The translations under genes were made by a program, and so were the position numbers. The notes under the pieces were generated by a model. That model searched no databases. It saw nothing but the letters and a program-made list of their open reading frames with translations, and had not been told where the DNA came from. From IMG/VR virus record IMGVR_UViG_3300029778_000002: DNA of 61,948 nucleotides, one strand, 5' to 3'. The stretch comes from a virus. How positions within the stretch are numbered: the first letter of the stretch is position 1; every line of letters starts with the position of its first letter. Shown piece by piece: positions 1-8,883 of this stretch.

Positions 1-123
1 CATAATTCTCCGTATTTACCTCCCCATCGTAAAGTTTGTAATAGAACGCCAAACTCGTTCTCGATTTTCCGCTTCCTACGCCTCCGCATAAGATGCAGCC
101 GATTTTCATACGGTTGATCGCAT
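1..123. repeat. Terminal direct repeat, copy 1 (identical to 61826..61948)
   Basis: The first 123 nt match the last 123 nt base for base. This is typical of a circular or circularly permuted genome linearised with an overlap. Confidence 0.9.
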
Positions 124-157
124 CCAATTGGTAGTCGTAGAGCGTTACACCTGCCAT
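1..157 (-). CDS. SF2 helicase, 5' segment (same gene as 60762..61948)
   Basis: ATG at 155-157 with GAGGTG 9 nt upstream gives MAGVTLYDYQLDAINR, in frame with MKIGCILCGGVGSGKS. The frame leaves the window start and re-enters at 61948 through the overlap. Confidence 0.7.
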   Translation of the reverse strand, partial: MAGVTLYDYQLDAINRMKIGCILCGGVGSGKSRTSLAFYYKLYDGEVNTENY

Positions 158-165
158 CAGGTCGC

Positions 166-363
166 TCACCTCATTTCCAACGTCACATAAATGTCACTTT
201 TCTTGCAGTGATTCTCGTAGGCCAGAAGCGAGATCGTCGCCTCTTCCTCATCTTCGCCCTCCCCTCTGACGGTATAAGCAAAGAGCTCTTTCCGGTGCTT
301 TCTGAACACCTTCCAGAGCTCTTTTTTCTTAGTAAAGTCCGTGCTTTTTGCAGTAGGACGCAT
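166..363 (-). CDS. Hypothetical protein (65 aa)
   Basis: AAGGAGGG lies 8 nt before the ATG. No recognisable domain. Confidence 0.5.
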   Translation of the reverse strand: MRPTAKSTDFTKKKELWKVFRKHRKELFAYTVRGEGEDEEEATISLLAYENHCKKSDIYVTLEMR

Positions 364-556
364 ATTGCAAGCCCTCCTTATCTGCTTCGCGCATGATTTC
401 TGACAGTGTGAGCTTTTTAGGCTTTTCTTCCGTCGTTGACATGTTACGCGGTACGGTGTCTCGACATTTATCGCAGTACAATCTTTTTGACGGAACCTGG
501 TACATCATACCGCCGCATTTTTTGCAAGCCTTATCTACTCTGCGAAGTCCGCCCAT
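329..556 (-). CDS. Small zinc-ribbon protein (75 aa)
   Basis: Start moved to ATG 556 (context GAGGAGGTG-TGATATTT-ATG). Contains CKKC...CDKC cysteine pairs. Confidence 0.6.
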   Translation of the reverse strand: MGGLRRVDKACKKCGGMMYQVPSKRLYCDKCRDTVPRNMSTTEEKPKKLTLSEIMREADKEGLQYASYCKKHGLY

Positions 557-561
557 AAATA

Positions 562-837
562 TCACACCTCCTCAGAACGACAGAAGTCCGTGTAATAAAC
601 CAGGTCGTAATCCAGCGGATGGTTGTTCCAGTCGTAGTTCTGCTCGTAATCAGCAATCTCATCACGCTTGTCGAGTTCGCGGCAAATATCATCGTTGTGC
701 TCATAGAACCATTCCAGCGGAAGGTCGAACTTGTCGCACAGTTCCGGAATATCAAAGGCCCAGCAGCCGTAGTTGGTGTTCTGTGTACCCTCCGAAACCA
801 TGTAATCGACAATCTCTTTTACTTTTTCTCTGCTCAT
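562..837 (-). CDS. Hypothetical acidic protein (91 aa)
   Basis: GAAGGAG SD before the ATG. The ORF is uninterrupted. Confidence 0.55.
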   Translation of the reverse strand: MSREKVKEIVDYMVSEGTQNTNYGCWAFDIPELCDKFDLPLEWFYEHNDDICRELDKRDEIADYEQNYDWNNHPLDYDLVYYTDFCRSEEV

Positions 838-886
838 AATCCTTACTCCTTCTGTTGTTCAAATATCAGGCTCTCTGGCCCGGTTG

Positions 887-934
887 TGAGTCATGCGGGA
901 ATCGAACCCACCGTACAGCCCATGCTAATGACTC
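887..934 (-). other. Internally deleted tRNA-like remnant (acceptor stem plus T-arm only)
   Basis: The minus strand reads GAGTCAT-TAGCATGGGCTGTACG-GTGGGTTCGATTCCCGC-ATGACTC-A. It has a perfect 7-bp acceptor stem and a GGTTCGATTCC T-arm, but no room for D or anticodon arms. Confidence 0.5.
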
Positions 935-967
935 AAATAAAAGAGCCCCAGATTTCTCCAGGGCTCT
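934..967 (-). terminator. Rho-independent terminator (conserved GAGAAATC-loop family)
   Basis: The minus strand reads AGAGCCCTGGAGAAATCTGGGGCTCT followed by TTTATTT, just downstream of the stop at 975. Confidence 0.7.
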
Positions 968-974
968 CATGTGC

Positions 975-1370
975 TTATTCTTCAGGTGTACAATAATCAA
1001 CGTCGAGATGCACTTTACCTTCGCTATCCGTGTAGGTGACGAACTTTCTCGGTTGATGGAACATCTTCTCGTACTTCTCGACGAACTCCGGCAAAAGCTC
1101 ACCGAAATCATCCTCCGTGAGGCCTACAATCAGGAATGTTCCAACGATAATATCAATGGGGATACCATAAGGGCCGTCGAGCGTCCGGTTGAGTTTCTCC
1201 ATGCAATCATCATGCAGCTTTCCTTCTTCGTTGCAAATCAATGCCACCTCATCGTCCCACGGGTAAACAGCCTGAATCGGGCCTTCCACCTCTTTCTGGA
1301 GCGATTCCAGAGAACAGTCAATGTCGATCACTTCAGGGTAATGCTTTGGGCGAACCCTCAGAACTTTCAT
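975..1370 (-). CDS. DUF3846-like phage protein (131 aa)
   Basis: GGGAGG SD. The sequence pattern MKVL..P....E.I......LQ..V.G.I...Y......L.CNEEGKL is typical of DUF3846. Confidence 0.55.
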   Translation of the reverse strand: MKVLRVRPKHYPEVIDIDCSLESLQKEVEGPIQAVYPWDDEVALICNEEGKLHDDCMEKLNRTLDGPYGIPIDIIVGTFLIVGLTEDDFGELLPEFVEKYEKMFHQPRKFVTYTDSEGKVHLDVDYCTPEE

Positions 1371-1504
1371 ACTGTCAACCTCCCAAATTGCACATCAAAA
1401 ATATAAATCGAGCTGTTTCCTTAGAGCCGCCATTTGCGACGTGGGCACTCACCGACTGGACATTCGACCAGGGACTGACCCCGGCACTCGAAAAATATCA
1501 ATGA

Positions 1505-1885
1505 TCAATAATAGCGGTTGTACTTCCGGTTGGCTTTTGCACGAGCTTCCGTAACATCAGGGGCTACGAAACCAAAGTTGATCACATAGCTCGGGATATT
1601 GTACGAACGGGCAACCAGATTTTCGATTGCACAGCCACGGAACGCCTTCTCCTCATCGTAGATCCCGATAAAGTAGTCTGCATCCGCCATCTTCTTGATG
1701 CTCTCACCAAGGTACCAGACTGCCTGATTCGCATCAGCCGGAGGATCATCAGAAATATAAGTCTGGATCACCTCCAGCCCCTCGCCAAACACAGCCTCAG
1801 CAATATGGTGCATCTGCTCCACGGTTGCTCGGATCTGTGCTTCAGTGCGGCCTTTCATCGGTACGCTGATAAACAGTTTCTTCAT
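1505..1885 (-). CDS. DUF4406 / nucleoside 2-deoxyribosyltransferase-like protein (126 aa)
   Basis: Start moved to ATG 1885 (GAGGTG SD). MKKLFISVPMKG...ADYFIGIYDEE resembles the deoxyribosyltransferase-like fold family. Confidence 0.45.
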   Translation of the reverse strand: MKKLFISVPMKGRTEAQIRATVEQMHHIAEAVFGEGLEVIQTYISDDPPADANQAVWYLGESIKKMADADYFIGIYDEEKAFRGCAIENLVARSYNIPSYVINFGFVAPDVTEARAKANRKYNRYY

Positions 1886-1895
1886 ATGCTTCACC

Positions 1896-2435
1896 TCAGA
1901 ACGGAATTTCGGTGTGGTCGCTCGGCTCTGCCATGTCTGCTTCAGGAGCTGCAAACCGGGCATAGCGCTCTGCATACGGATCGGCATCCGCATCCTGCTC
2001 GACGTACATCACATCCGCATACAGGCTGTACTCGCCGGGTGCATTCCGCTTCTCGACAAGGTTTGCCTGGAGACAGACGTTCTTGACCCGGATAAAGTCC
2101 AGCTGGCTGATCGTGTCCATGTTGCAGAGCAGGCGCTTGCCGGAGGTGGTGACCCAGTAGATATGCGGGGGCCACTTGGAATCCATGTTGATCGTCACCG
2201 GCACGAAGTAGGTCGGAACGAACGGCTCGTCGTAGGTACGCTCAGGATTCGGATTGGTCTGACGAACCTTCACACCGAGGTCCATGAGGTGATTCACCAG
2301 CTCCATGGTGGGAATGACCACGTTGACGCGGCGCTTGTCCGAGCCGAAGCGATCACGGCTGGGATCACCGCTGAAGTTGGTGGTAAAGATGAAACGGGTA
2401 TCGTCGATATTGACTTTCTGGCGCTTGGTGTACAT
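1896..2435 (-). CDS. Hypothetical replication-module protein (179 aa)
   Basis: Start at ATG 2435 in the context AAAGGAGAC-TGATATTT-ATG. No confident domain; it could be an SSB-like protein. Confidence 0.5.
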   Translation of the reverse strand: MYTKRQKVNIDDTRFIFTTNFSGDPSRDRFGSDKRRVNVVIPTMELVNHLMDLGVKVRQTNPNPERTYDEPFVPTYFVPVTINMDSKWPPHIYWVTTSGKRLLCNMDTISQLDFIRVKNVCLQANLVEKRNAPGEYSLYADVMYVEQDADADPYAERYARFAAPEADMAEPSDHTEIPF

Positions 2436-2451
2436 AAATATCAGTCTCCTT

Positions 2452-3069
2452 TTACTTGCTGATTTCAATCTCCAGAATTTTCAGGTCTGCCACGAGTGCT
2501 GTCAGGTGGAGAAGCGCACCAGACTGATTGTTGCTCTTGGCAGCGCTGAGGAACTTCTCAAAATCCTTATTTGCCTCAGAACTGTACTTTTTCAGCACAT
2601 CCAGATCGACAGCTTTTCCGGCAGCAGGCTTCCCGGGATACTTCTTCCCGCTCTTCTCAACCCAATTCTGGATCTCCTTGTAATAGCCGCCCTTGTTACC
2701 ACCGCAACGCTTTGCAATTGCCATGGCCAGCCCCTTCTCCGGGTCGAAAACATCCTTCTCGCTGCACTTCACAACGGTCTTGGAACCATCCGACCAGTAA
2801 ACGATTGTGGCCGGAGGAGCAAAGATAACGTCCTTGATAGCAGCTGTGTTCGTAGCAGAAGCGGTCTTCTTACCCTCGCACCGAGGATAGAGCGCGCCAG
2901 AACGGATACGCCAATTGCCGTCTCGATCAGAGGTCAGATCACCCGGGCAAAATGCGAGTTCGTGACCAGTAGAAAGAATCACCCTCGTCAGGTCGTCGTG
3001 CAGATTCTTCTCAACGGTTCTGATATAGCCAATCAGCTGTCCCTTGGAATCGTACAGTTTGTTCGTCAT
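2452..3069 (-). CDS. Hypothetical conserved phage protein (205 aa)
   Basis: Context GAGGTGATATTTT-ATG. The PPATIVYWSDGSKTVVKC...EKGLAMAIAK block resembles a widespread Bacillota-phage domain of unknown function. Confidence 0.55.
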   Translation of the reverse strand: MTNKLYDSKGQLIGYIRTVEKNLHDDLTRVILSTGHELAFCPGDLTSDRDGNWRIRSGALYPRCEGKKTASATNTAAIKDVIFAPPATIVYWSDGSKTVVKCSEKDVFDPEKGLAMAIAKRCGGNKGGYYKEIQNWVEKSGKKYPGKPAAGKAVDLDVLKKYSSEANKDFEKFLSAAKSNNQSGALLHLTALVADLKILEIEISK

Positions 3070-3075
3070 AAAATA

Positions 3076-6000
3076 TCACCTCACGTCAAAATTTCTTGCT
3101 GCTTCTTCCTGCGCATCGCTCCAGGGAAGATCCGGCGCTGTCCATGGAGCAATACCGTCGTCGCCAACGAACCAGTTGAAGTCGCCGTACTTGGAGATCT
3201 CCTCAACTGCCTCATCGACTTCCCGGTTGAAATATCTTTTGTCGATATCCTCCTGCATCTGGAGCTGATAGACCGCCTCGCTTTCCAGCCAACGGTAATC
3301 CTTTGCTCCGGTCACAGAAGCATATTTCCGTTCGCCAGTATCCGTCAGGCCCGCTTCCCGCAGCAGCAGAGCGCCACCCTTTCCCGGCATGATCGGGCAG
3401 AACTGTCCCACGCGACCCACAAAAATATAATTGTGTTCGCCTTCAGGCAGGTCCTCGTTCTTGTCGAGATAGATAGCGCCCTTGGAAACGGTTTTTGTCT
3501 CGCAGAGGTCGGTGAACTCGATCTTCTCCTTGGAGAACAGGGTCTTGAACACATACGGCACCTGGAACTGGGTGCCCGTAGCCGTCCATTCGCCGCCTTC
3601 GTCCTTGCAGTCGCCCGGGGTATAGCCGTAAAGCGCCTCACAGCGGTCCGCAGTCATGTATTTCGCAATATAAACGGCATTGTTCACCAGACACATCCGC
3701 TCGTAGGTTGCCTCATGCTCGAACGTGTAGCCGTACTTTTTTGCAAAATCCATGCAGTACGCAATGATTTCCGGGGTCGCATCGGGGATCTTGATCGAAT
3801 CCGTTTTGATATGCGCGACCTTAAAGCCGCGCTGCTGCACTTCATCCTGCAAAGTGCGCATAAATAAAGCCCCTCGAAGCGCCACAATGTTGTTGGCGTT
3901 CTTGGGGTTGCGGAACGGGTTGTCGAAGCTTGCACTGGTCAACCCGTAAACCGAGTTGATGGCGATCTTCAACGCCTGCGCCAAAGCCTTTGCCTGCTGC
4001 GGATCATCGAGGTACTTTGCCAGTTTGCCGCCAAAGAGCCCCTTTGCCTTCTCGTACTCGCCGTGCTTGACGTAGATTCGTACATCCATCAGGTCGTTGA
4101 AATGCTTGGTGTACTCACCAAAGTAGTTCATGGCAACAGCCGAATGCGGATGCAGCGACGCAACATCAAGCAGAGCTACGTTCGTGTACATCCCGGGCTC
4201 AGCGTAGACATAACCACCCATACCCAGGTCCGTGCCCCGGAACATGTTGTGGTACTTGCCGTCCTCGCCCTTGGCCCACTCGTAACCGGGAAAGGCATTG
4301 ATGATGTTGCAGTCGGTCAAAATATCAGGCTCGACTTCCACGATCGCATCGGATTTTCCCGTAGCAAGGTCGGTGTAGACCAGCCTGGGGTGCTTTTCCT
4401 TGCCGAAAATAATGCGTGTTGTCAGCGAGTTTGTCGTGTCGTTCACCGTCATGCCGGCAAGGTCTGCCAGAATCTCTCGCGCCACAAAGTCTGCCTGACG
4501 CTTTTTCGAGTAGAACAGGGTCTCGGTCGCAATCACGTCGTTGTCGCAATACTCGGCCACCTTGTCCCACAGGCTCTTCGGCACCGGCTGATCCCACGGA
4601 AGCCCCAGCTCCTGATGGTGGATCCCTAACTCGATTTCAAACTTCTTAAGGCTCTGTTTTTTCGACGAGAAGTCGTAAATATCAGTGTAGGACAGGTTGT
4701 ACGCCTCACCAAAGAAGCCCGTGTGCTCGTTGATGATCCGGTTGGACAGCGCATAGATCTGCTCCACCGACATCCCGATCATGCGGGCCCAGAGGATATG
4801 GTTGTCGTACTTGCGGTTGTTGAAGCCGACCAGCCGATACTTTGTCAGGCTCTCGATCTCCTCCGGCGTAGGATTTACCATGCGGTGTACAGGCTCCTGC
4901 TTGGCAAACTTCCAGTTCACGAGCAGCAGATTCGGGAACACCTCCACGTCGAAAAATATCAATGGCGTTTCCTCCCCCACAGGGGCCTCCCGCTGAATAT
5001 CATCCTTCGACTTGAAGTGCATCTTCGCCACGATCTTCAGGCAGGTGTCCGCCTGGTTCGTGCTGCTGGCAGCAAAGCCCAGGATCGCATTCCGCATGTC
5101 GTCCACGTTGTAAACGACATTGCCCTCGTAGGCTTCGTCCATGATGTGCGCAATAAAGTCAATGCTGGGCTTCGTATAGGGGCTGATCTCTTTGGCAAGG
5201 GCTTTCTTGATGAGGATACGCAGGTGCCGCTCATCCTGGATCTGCTTTGTATCAACCATTTTCGTTTCTCCCTTCAGTGGCAGGCCGCTGCTGATGGTCG
5301 CAACCGGAATATCATTGCATTTCGACAGTTTTCTCCGCAGAGAGGACTTCCCCGTGAACACCTTGACCTCGATATTCTCGTCGTAGATCCTGCTCAGCTT
5401 CGTTGCATCGCCGGTGTAAATATAATGCAGGTGGATGCCCGCACCAGATTTGCTCAGCTCCGCATAGGTCTGGGGCCATTTGGAGGCAGCTTCCAGGTTG
5501 CGCTCGAAGCTCTTTTTTCCATCCGGCCCGGGAATATCAAAGTCGATGACAATGTGATTCTCCGGAACTTTCACGTAGTGCAGTCTCGAAGCATCCAGTT
5601 CGGCCAATTTTGACTCGACATTCTCCCATTTTCGCATCGGAATGCCATCGTCTGTCGCATACTGTGCAGGGCAGTCCTTGCAAATATCATTGAAGAGAGA
5701 ATGCTGCTCCTTGAACTCGATCCATGACGTTTCCGGCTCGGCAGTGGGTTCTTCTGCCTTCACAGGTTCGTCAAGGAACTCTTTGAATTTCTCCGCTTTG
5801 AAGCCACTGTAGTAGCTCCGCACCCGCTCGCCATTCACGGTCTCCGCGCGTTCCTTGTACTCCTCGAAGTAGTTCATCAATTCTTCCCGGAACGCACGGC
5901 GCGAATATGGGTACGCCACCTTAGCCTCGTCATTGTAGGTGTTGTACATCGCCCAGGCCCGCTTCAGAGATACACCGTCCTCTTTCTTGAAAATATAAAA

Positions 6001-7080
6001 GGAATCCAGCATGAAGTTGTAAAAGTCGTTCGATGCACCCAGCATACGGGTCGGAATATAATCATCGTAGAGATGCTTGTTCTGCTCGTATACTTCCTTG
6101 CAGTGCCATGCGATGCCACCCAGCTCAAAGTCCACCTTCGCTACAAGGTCACGGTACTTTTTTGCAGGGATCTTTTCGCCGGTAGGTTCCACATCAATCA
6201 GTCGTCGGATCAGGCCCGATTTTGCATCCGTGATCTTAACGGGCTTGTTGGTGCCCAGAAACATGAAACACTTGAACTGGCTGGAATACTGGCTGCGGAA
6301 CTTCTCGTTCACCAGCATGGTCTCGTGGGATACCAGCGAGTTCAGCCGGGTGTTGTCCTCGATGCGGGAAAGGTCACCGTCGTGCTGGATCGCGATCAGC
6401 GGGTTCGATTTGAACGCCTCCAGCGCAAACGCATTGGACGATGACCCCAGCACCTTGGAGTCGAACACCGACCAGTACCCGTCAAAAAGTTTCTGGACGA
6501 TGTTCAGCACGGTCGATTTGCCGCTGCCGGGTGGACCATAGAGCACGAGGAACTTCTGGATCTTGCGGGAATCGCCGTTCACGATCGCGCCAACCGCCCA
6601 TTCGATCTTCTTTCGCTCCTCGGGAGAATATAAGGTAGTCATCAGCTCGTCGTAGGCGCTGATGTTCCCCTCCTCCAGAAGATACGGCAGCCGCTTCGAC
6701 GCATAGCTTTCCTTCTTGACCGGGGTGTTCGCAAATATCAATGTATCGTCAAGGGTGTGGTAGTTGTCCCGCATCTGACGCTGACAGTATTTGTGCCAGT
6801 TGTCGATCATCCCGCTCTCCGCGTCCCACATGTGCAGAACACGGTAGCTGTCATTGAAGACCTGCTTGTGTTCCTCCGCGTAAATATCCAGCGCGCGGTC
6901 GATCATCTGGAGCGCATCCTGTTCGTCCGTGCTCCAAAGCCCCCGCTCTTCCATCCAGACCGCGTAAAAATCAGAACCCCGGATCATCAGGTCTTTCGAC
7001 TTTTTGATGATGAATTTGGGATAAATTTCGATTGTCCCGCGTTTTCCCGTCCGCGTTGCAATCATCAGGAAATCAATCAT
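3076..7080 (-). CDS. Replicase fusion: SF3/D5-like helicase + AEP primase + family B DNA polymerase (1334 aa)
   Basis: Walker A is VLYGPPGSGKST (about 6511-6540). AEP motifs are VIDFD and SGAGIHLHY (about 5460-5560). PolB ExoI is FFDVEVF, motif A is LDVASLHPHS (about 4141-4175), motif B is KIAINSVYG and motif C is IKTDS (about 3781-3810). Confidence 0.85.
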   Translation of the reverse strand: MIDFLMIATRTGKRGTIEIYPKFIIKKSKDLMIRGSDFYAVWMEERGLWSTDEQDALQMIDRALDIYAEEHKQVFNDSYRVLHMWDAESGMIDNWHKYCQRQMRDNYHTLDDTLIFANTPVKKESYASKRLPYLLEEGNISAYDELMTTLYSPEERKKIEWAVGAIVNGDSRKIQKFLVLYGPPGSGKSTVLNIVQKLFDGYWSVFDSKVLGSSSNAFALEAFKSNPLIAIQHDGDLSRIEDNTRLNSLVSHETMLVNEKFRSQYSSQFKCFMFLGTNKPVKITDAKSGLIRRLIDVEPTGEKIPAKKYRDLVAKVDFELGGIAWHCKEVYEQNKHLYDDYIPTRMLGASNDFYNFMLDSFYIFKKEDGVSLKRAWAMYNTYNDEAKVAYPYSRRAFREELMNYFEEYKERAETVNGERVRSYYSGFKAEKFKEFLDEPVKAEEPTAEPETSWIEFKEQHSLFNDICKDCPAQYATDDGIPMRKWENVESKLAELDASRLHYVKVPENHIVIDFDIPGPDGKKSFERNLEAASKWPQTYAELSKSGAGIHLHYIYTGDATKLSRIYDENIEVKVFTGKSSLRRKLSKCNDIPVATISSGLPLKGETKMVDTKQIQDERHLRILIKKALAKEISPYTKPSIDFIAHIMDEAYEGNVVYNVDDMRNAILGFAASSTNQADTCLKIVAKMHFKSKDDIQREAPVGEETPLIFFDVEVFPNLLLVNWKFAKQEPVHRMVNPTPEEIESLTKYRLVGFNNRKYDNHILWARMIGMSVEQIYALSNRIINEHTGFFGEAYNLSYTDIYDFSSKKQSLKKFEIELGIHHQELGLPWDQPVPKSLWDKVAEYCDNDVIATETLFYSKKRQADFVAREILADLAGMTVNDTTNSLTTRIIFGKEKHPRLVYTDLATGKSDAIVEVEPDILTDCNIINAFPGYEWAKGEDGKYHNMFRGTDLGMGGYVYAEPGMYTNVALLDVASLHPHSAVAMNYFGEYTKHFNDLMDVRIYVKHGEYEKAKGLFGGKLAKYLDDPQQAKALAQALKIAINSVYGLTSASFDNPFRNPKNANNIVALRGALFMRTLQDEVQQRGFKVAHIKTDSIKIPDATPEIIAYCMDFAKKYGYTFEHEATYERMCLVNNAVYIAKYMTADRCEALYGYTPGDCKDEGGEWTATGTQFQVPYVFKTLFSKEKIEFTDLCETKTVSKGAIYLDKNEDLPEGEHNYIFVGRVGQFCPIMPGKGGALLLREAGLTDTGERKYASVTGAKDYRWLESEAVYQLQMQEDIDKRYFNREVDEAVEEISKYGDFNWFVGDDGIAPWTAPDLPWSDAQEEAARNFDVR

Positions 7081-7112
7081 TTGTAACTGACTTCCTCCTT
7101 TCTCCGAGGTTT

Positions 7113-7367
7113 TTATACGTCTTTCTCTTTCTGGAGGGTCATCTGGGCCAGCGTTGCCTCTGCCTCGCGGGCACGCTCATCGGCTTCCTTGCGCTGCTTT
7201 TCTGCCTCGTTCACCATCTTGCAGGAAACGAAGCCAAACCACAGCAGACCAGCGATGAGAATGTTCTTCCGGATGCACTTGCCCTTCATGCGGCGGATGG
7301 TGTGATTGGCCACCTCCAGTGCAGCCTTGCTGTTGCTCAGGTCGATCAAAATATCAGTCAGTTCCAT
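7113..7367 (-). CDS. Hypothetical membrane/coiled-coil protein (84 aa)
   Basis: GGAGGA SD 8 nt before ATG 7367. One hydrophobic helix followed by a charged tail. Confidence 0.5.
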   Translation of the reverse strand: MELTDILIDLSNSKAALEVANHTIRRMKGKCIRKNILIAGLLWFGFVSCKMVNEAEKQRKEADERAREAEATLAQMTLQKEKDV

Positions 7368-7523
7368 TGTCAATTTTCCTCCAGTAATTCGGGTCAGCCA
7401 GAATCAGCCGGCCAATGTTATTCTCGTCTCGACACGCCGTGATTCGCATCATCACATGGGAATCGTCGAGTATCTTTTCAACAAATCCTTCCATAGGGAT
7501 GCAGATTTTTGATTCATATGTCA

Positions 7524-8075
7524 TCAAAACTCATTCTCATTCAACCAGCTCATCAACTGGTACCAAATATCAATGGTACGCATATCGATGGACGTACGGG
7601 TAATCGTAAAGAGACCGCCAGCCCCGTTCGGCTGATAGTCCCGATCCATAAACCGGGCCAGGATCGGTTCCGCGCGCTCTTCGCTGAAACGGGTGTCGTC
7701 CATGGCAGCCAGACCCAGGCTGACGACCATGCTCCAGAACCACTGCCCCACACGGTTGCCCATGCTGCGGTCTTCCATGATGTGTTCCTCGATGCGAATC
7801 GCCAGCGCCACCATCATCTCCAGCATAGAGCAGGGTACGCCCTGAAATACCGCATCGATCTTCCCGTACGGAATATTATTCTCCGATGCAAAGCGGTACC
7901 GCAGGTTGATGCCGTCCGTTGCCCGGCAGACATCCATTTCGCACGCCGGAATATAATCCCGGTTAAAAAGATACATCAATAAGCGGTGAAAGCTGAGGTT
8001 CCGGGGCTCCCATTCGCCGCAGACGATCTTGTAGAGCCAGTCATAATACTGCTCCGTCTCCCTCATAAAGTTCAT
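7524..8075 (-). CDS. Hypothetical protein (183 aa)
   Basis: ATGA start/stop overlap with the upstream gene. Long clean ORF. Confidence 0.55.
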   Translation of the reverse strand: MNFMRETEQYYDWLYKIVCGEWEPRNLSFHRLLMYLFNRDYIPACEMDVCRATDGINLRYRFASENNIPYGKIDAVFQGVPCSMLEMMVALAIRIEEHIMEDRSMGNRVGQWFWSMVVSLGLAAMDDTRFSEERAEPILARFMDRDYQPNGAGGLFTITRTSIDMRTIDIWYQLMSWLNENEF

Positions 8076-8608
8076 TCATCCTCCTCATCGTCGTGGTTGC
8101 CGGGCCAGTTCTCCCGAACCCGGAGAATCTCGTAATCCTTGTGGTAGTTGTGGTTGCGGACATGAACCGCGCTCGGTGCGAACTCGCCAATGCGGTCCAG
8201 TGCCTCGTTGCCAATGATCTTCGGAATATCATCTTCGTCCACGGGCTGATCCTCCGTATCGAACACCAGCTTTCCGTCCGCGTAGTAAGTCAGGAAGGAA
8301 GTCTCGTAGTCGTCCAGCTCACCAAACTGATCCGGCTCAATGACTTCGATGGCCTCATGTGCCACCACATCTTCCGGGTCAGATTCGGTACGGTACTTCC
8401 CGGCCAGCTGTTCAAAGCTCTTCTGGGTCGCCCTTTCTTCGATGGTCTTGTCCATATCGGCTTCCTTCTGCCGCAGATTCTCACGCTCGGCCTCGTACTG
8501 TTTGCCGTAATAGGTCTCGTATTTCTTCTCGAAAACGGTGTGCATCACAAGGGCACCTGCCCCAAAGCCTGCTGCGAAGAGCAGAATATCACGCACGGTC
8601 TTGTTCAT
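8072..8608 (-). CDS. Membrane-anchored acidic protein (178 aa)
   Basis: AAAGGAGA SD. N-terminal TM helix (ILLFAAGFGAGALVM) and an acidic C-terminus. Confidence 0.55.
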   Translation of the reverse strand: MNKTVRDILLFAAGFGAGALVMHTVFEKKYETYYGKQYEAERENLRQKEADMDKTIEERATQKSFEQLAGKYRTESDPEDVVAHEAIEVIEPDQFGELDDYETSFLTYYADGKLVFDTEDQPVDEDDIPKIIGNEALDRIGEFAPSAVHVRNHNYHKDYEILRVRENWPGNHDDEEDE

Positions 8609-8759
8609 TGTCGATGTCTCCTTTGATCGTCATCATGGTAAACGCCAATCCGCCAAAGAAAAGGGAGACACTCATCAGAATGCCTCCCACCATGTGGCGC
8701 TTGCGTTTGGTATCGGTCAGATAGTCCAGAAACAGGAAAGTGCTTTCCAAAGTTTCCAT
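8589..8759 (-). CDS. Small membrane protein (56 aa, not in ORF track)
   Basis: GAGGTGG SD before ATG 8759. Encodes METLESTFLFLDYL...GGILMSVSLFFGGLAFTMM and overlaps the next start. Confidence 0.4.
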   Translation of the reverse strand: METLESTFLFLDYLTDTKRKRHMVGGILMSVSLFFGGLAFTMMTIKGDIDNEQDRA

Positions 8760-8768
8760 CGTTCCACC

Positions 8769-8858
8769 TCACTCAGAAAGAACCGCCAGACCAGAGACGA
8801 AGCAGACTCCGGCCATGGCAGCAAACAGGTAAGACAGTCTCTTAACGAATCTGGTCAT
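8769..8858 (-). CDS. Tiny membrane peptide (29 aa, not in ORF track)
   Basis: Context TGATATTTTGGAGG then 8 nt then ATG 8858. Encodes MTRFVKRLSYLFAAMAGVCFVSGLAVLSE. Confidence 0.3.
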   Translation of the reverse strand: MTRFVKRLSYLFAAMAGVCFVSGLAVLSE

Positions 8859-8883
8859 AGCGTATTCCTCCAAAATATCAGTC

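Noticed and set aside
1-123. Interpreting the end duplication as a biological direct terminal repeat (as in T7-like phages)
   Set aside because: The repeat falls inside the helicase coding sequence, and its length is typical of assembler overlaps. HNH plus terminase and the long structured leader suggest that cos/pac lies elsewhere. This cannot be excluded without read data.
2305-3867. 520-aa plus-strand ORF, with similar long plus-strand ORFs at 9007..9984, 22958..24328, 24749..25930, 25915..26859, 27043..28419, 31942..32916, 33878..35134, 36374..37918, 37875..39116, 42065..43426 and 48866..50134
   Set aside because: They are antisense shadows of well-supported minus-strand genes in GC-rich DNA. 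They have no SD, low-complexity Arg/Leu/Gly/His-rich translations and no recognisable motifs.
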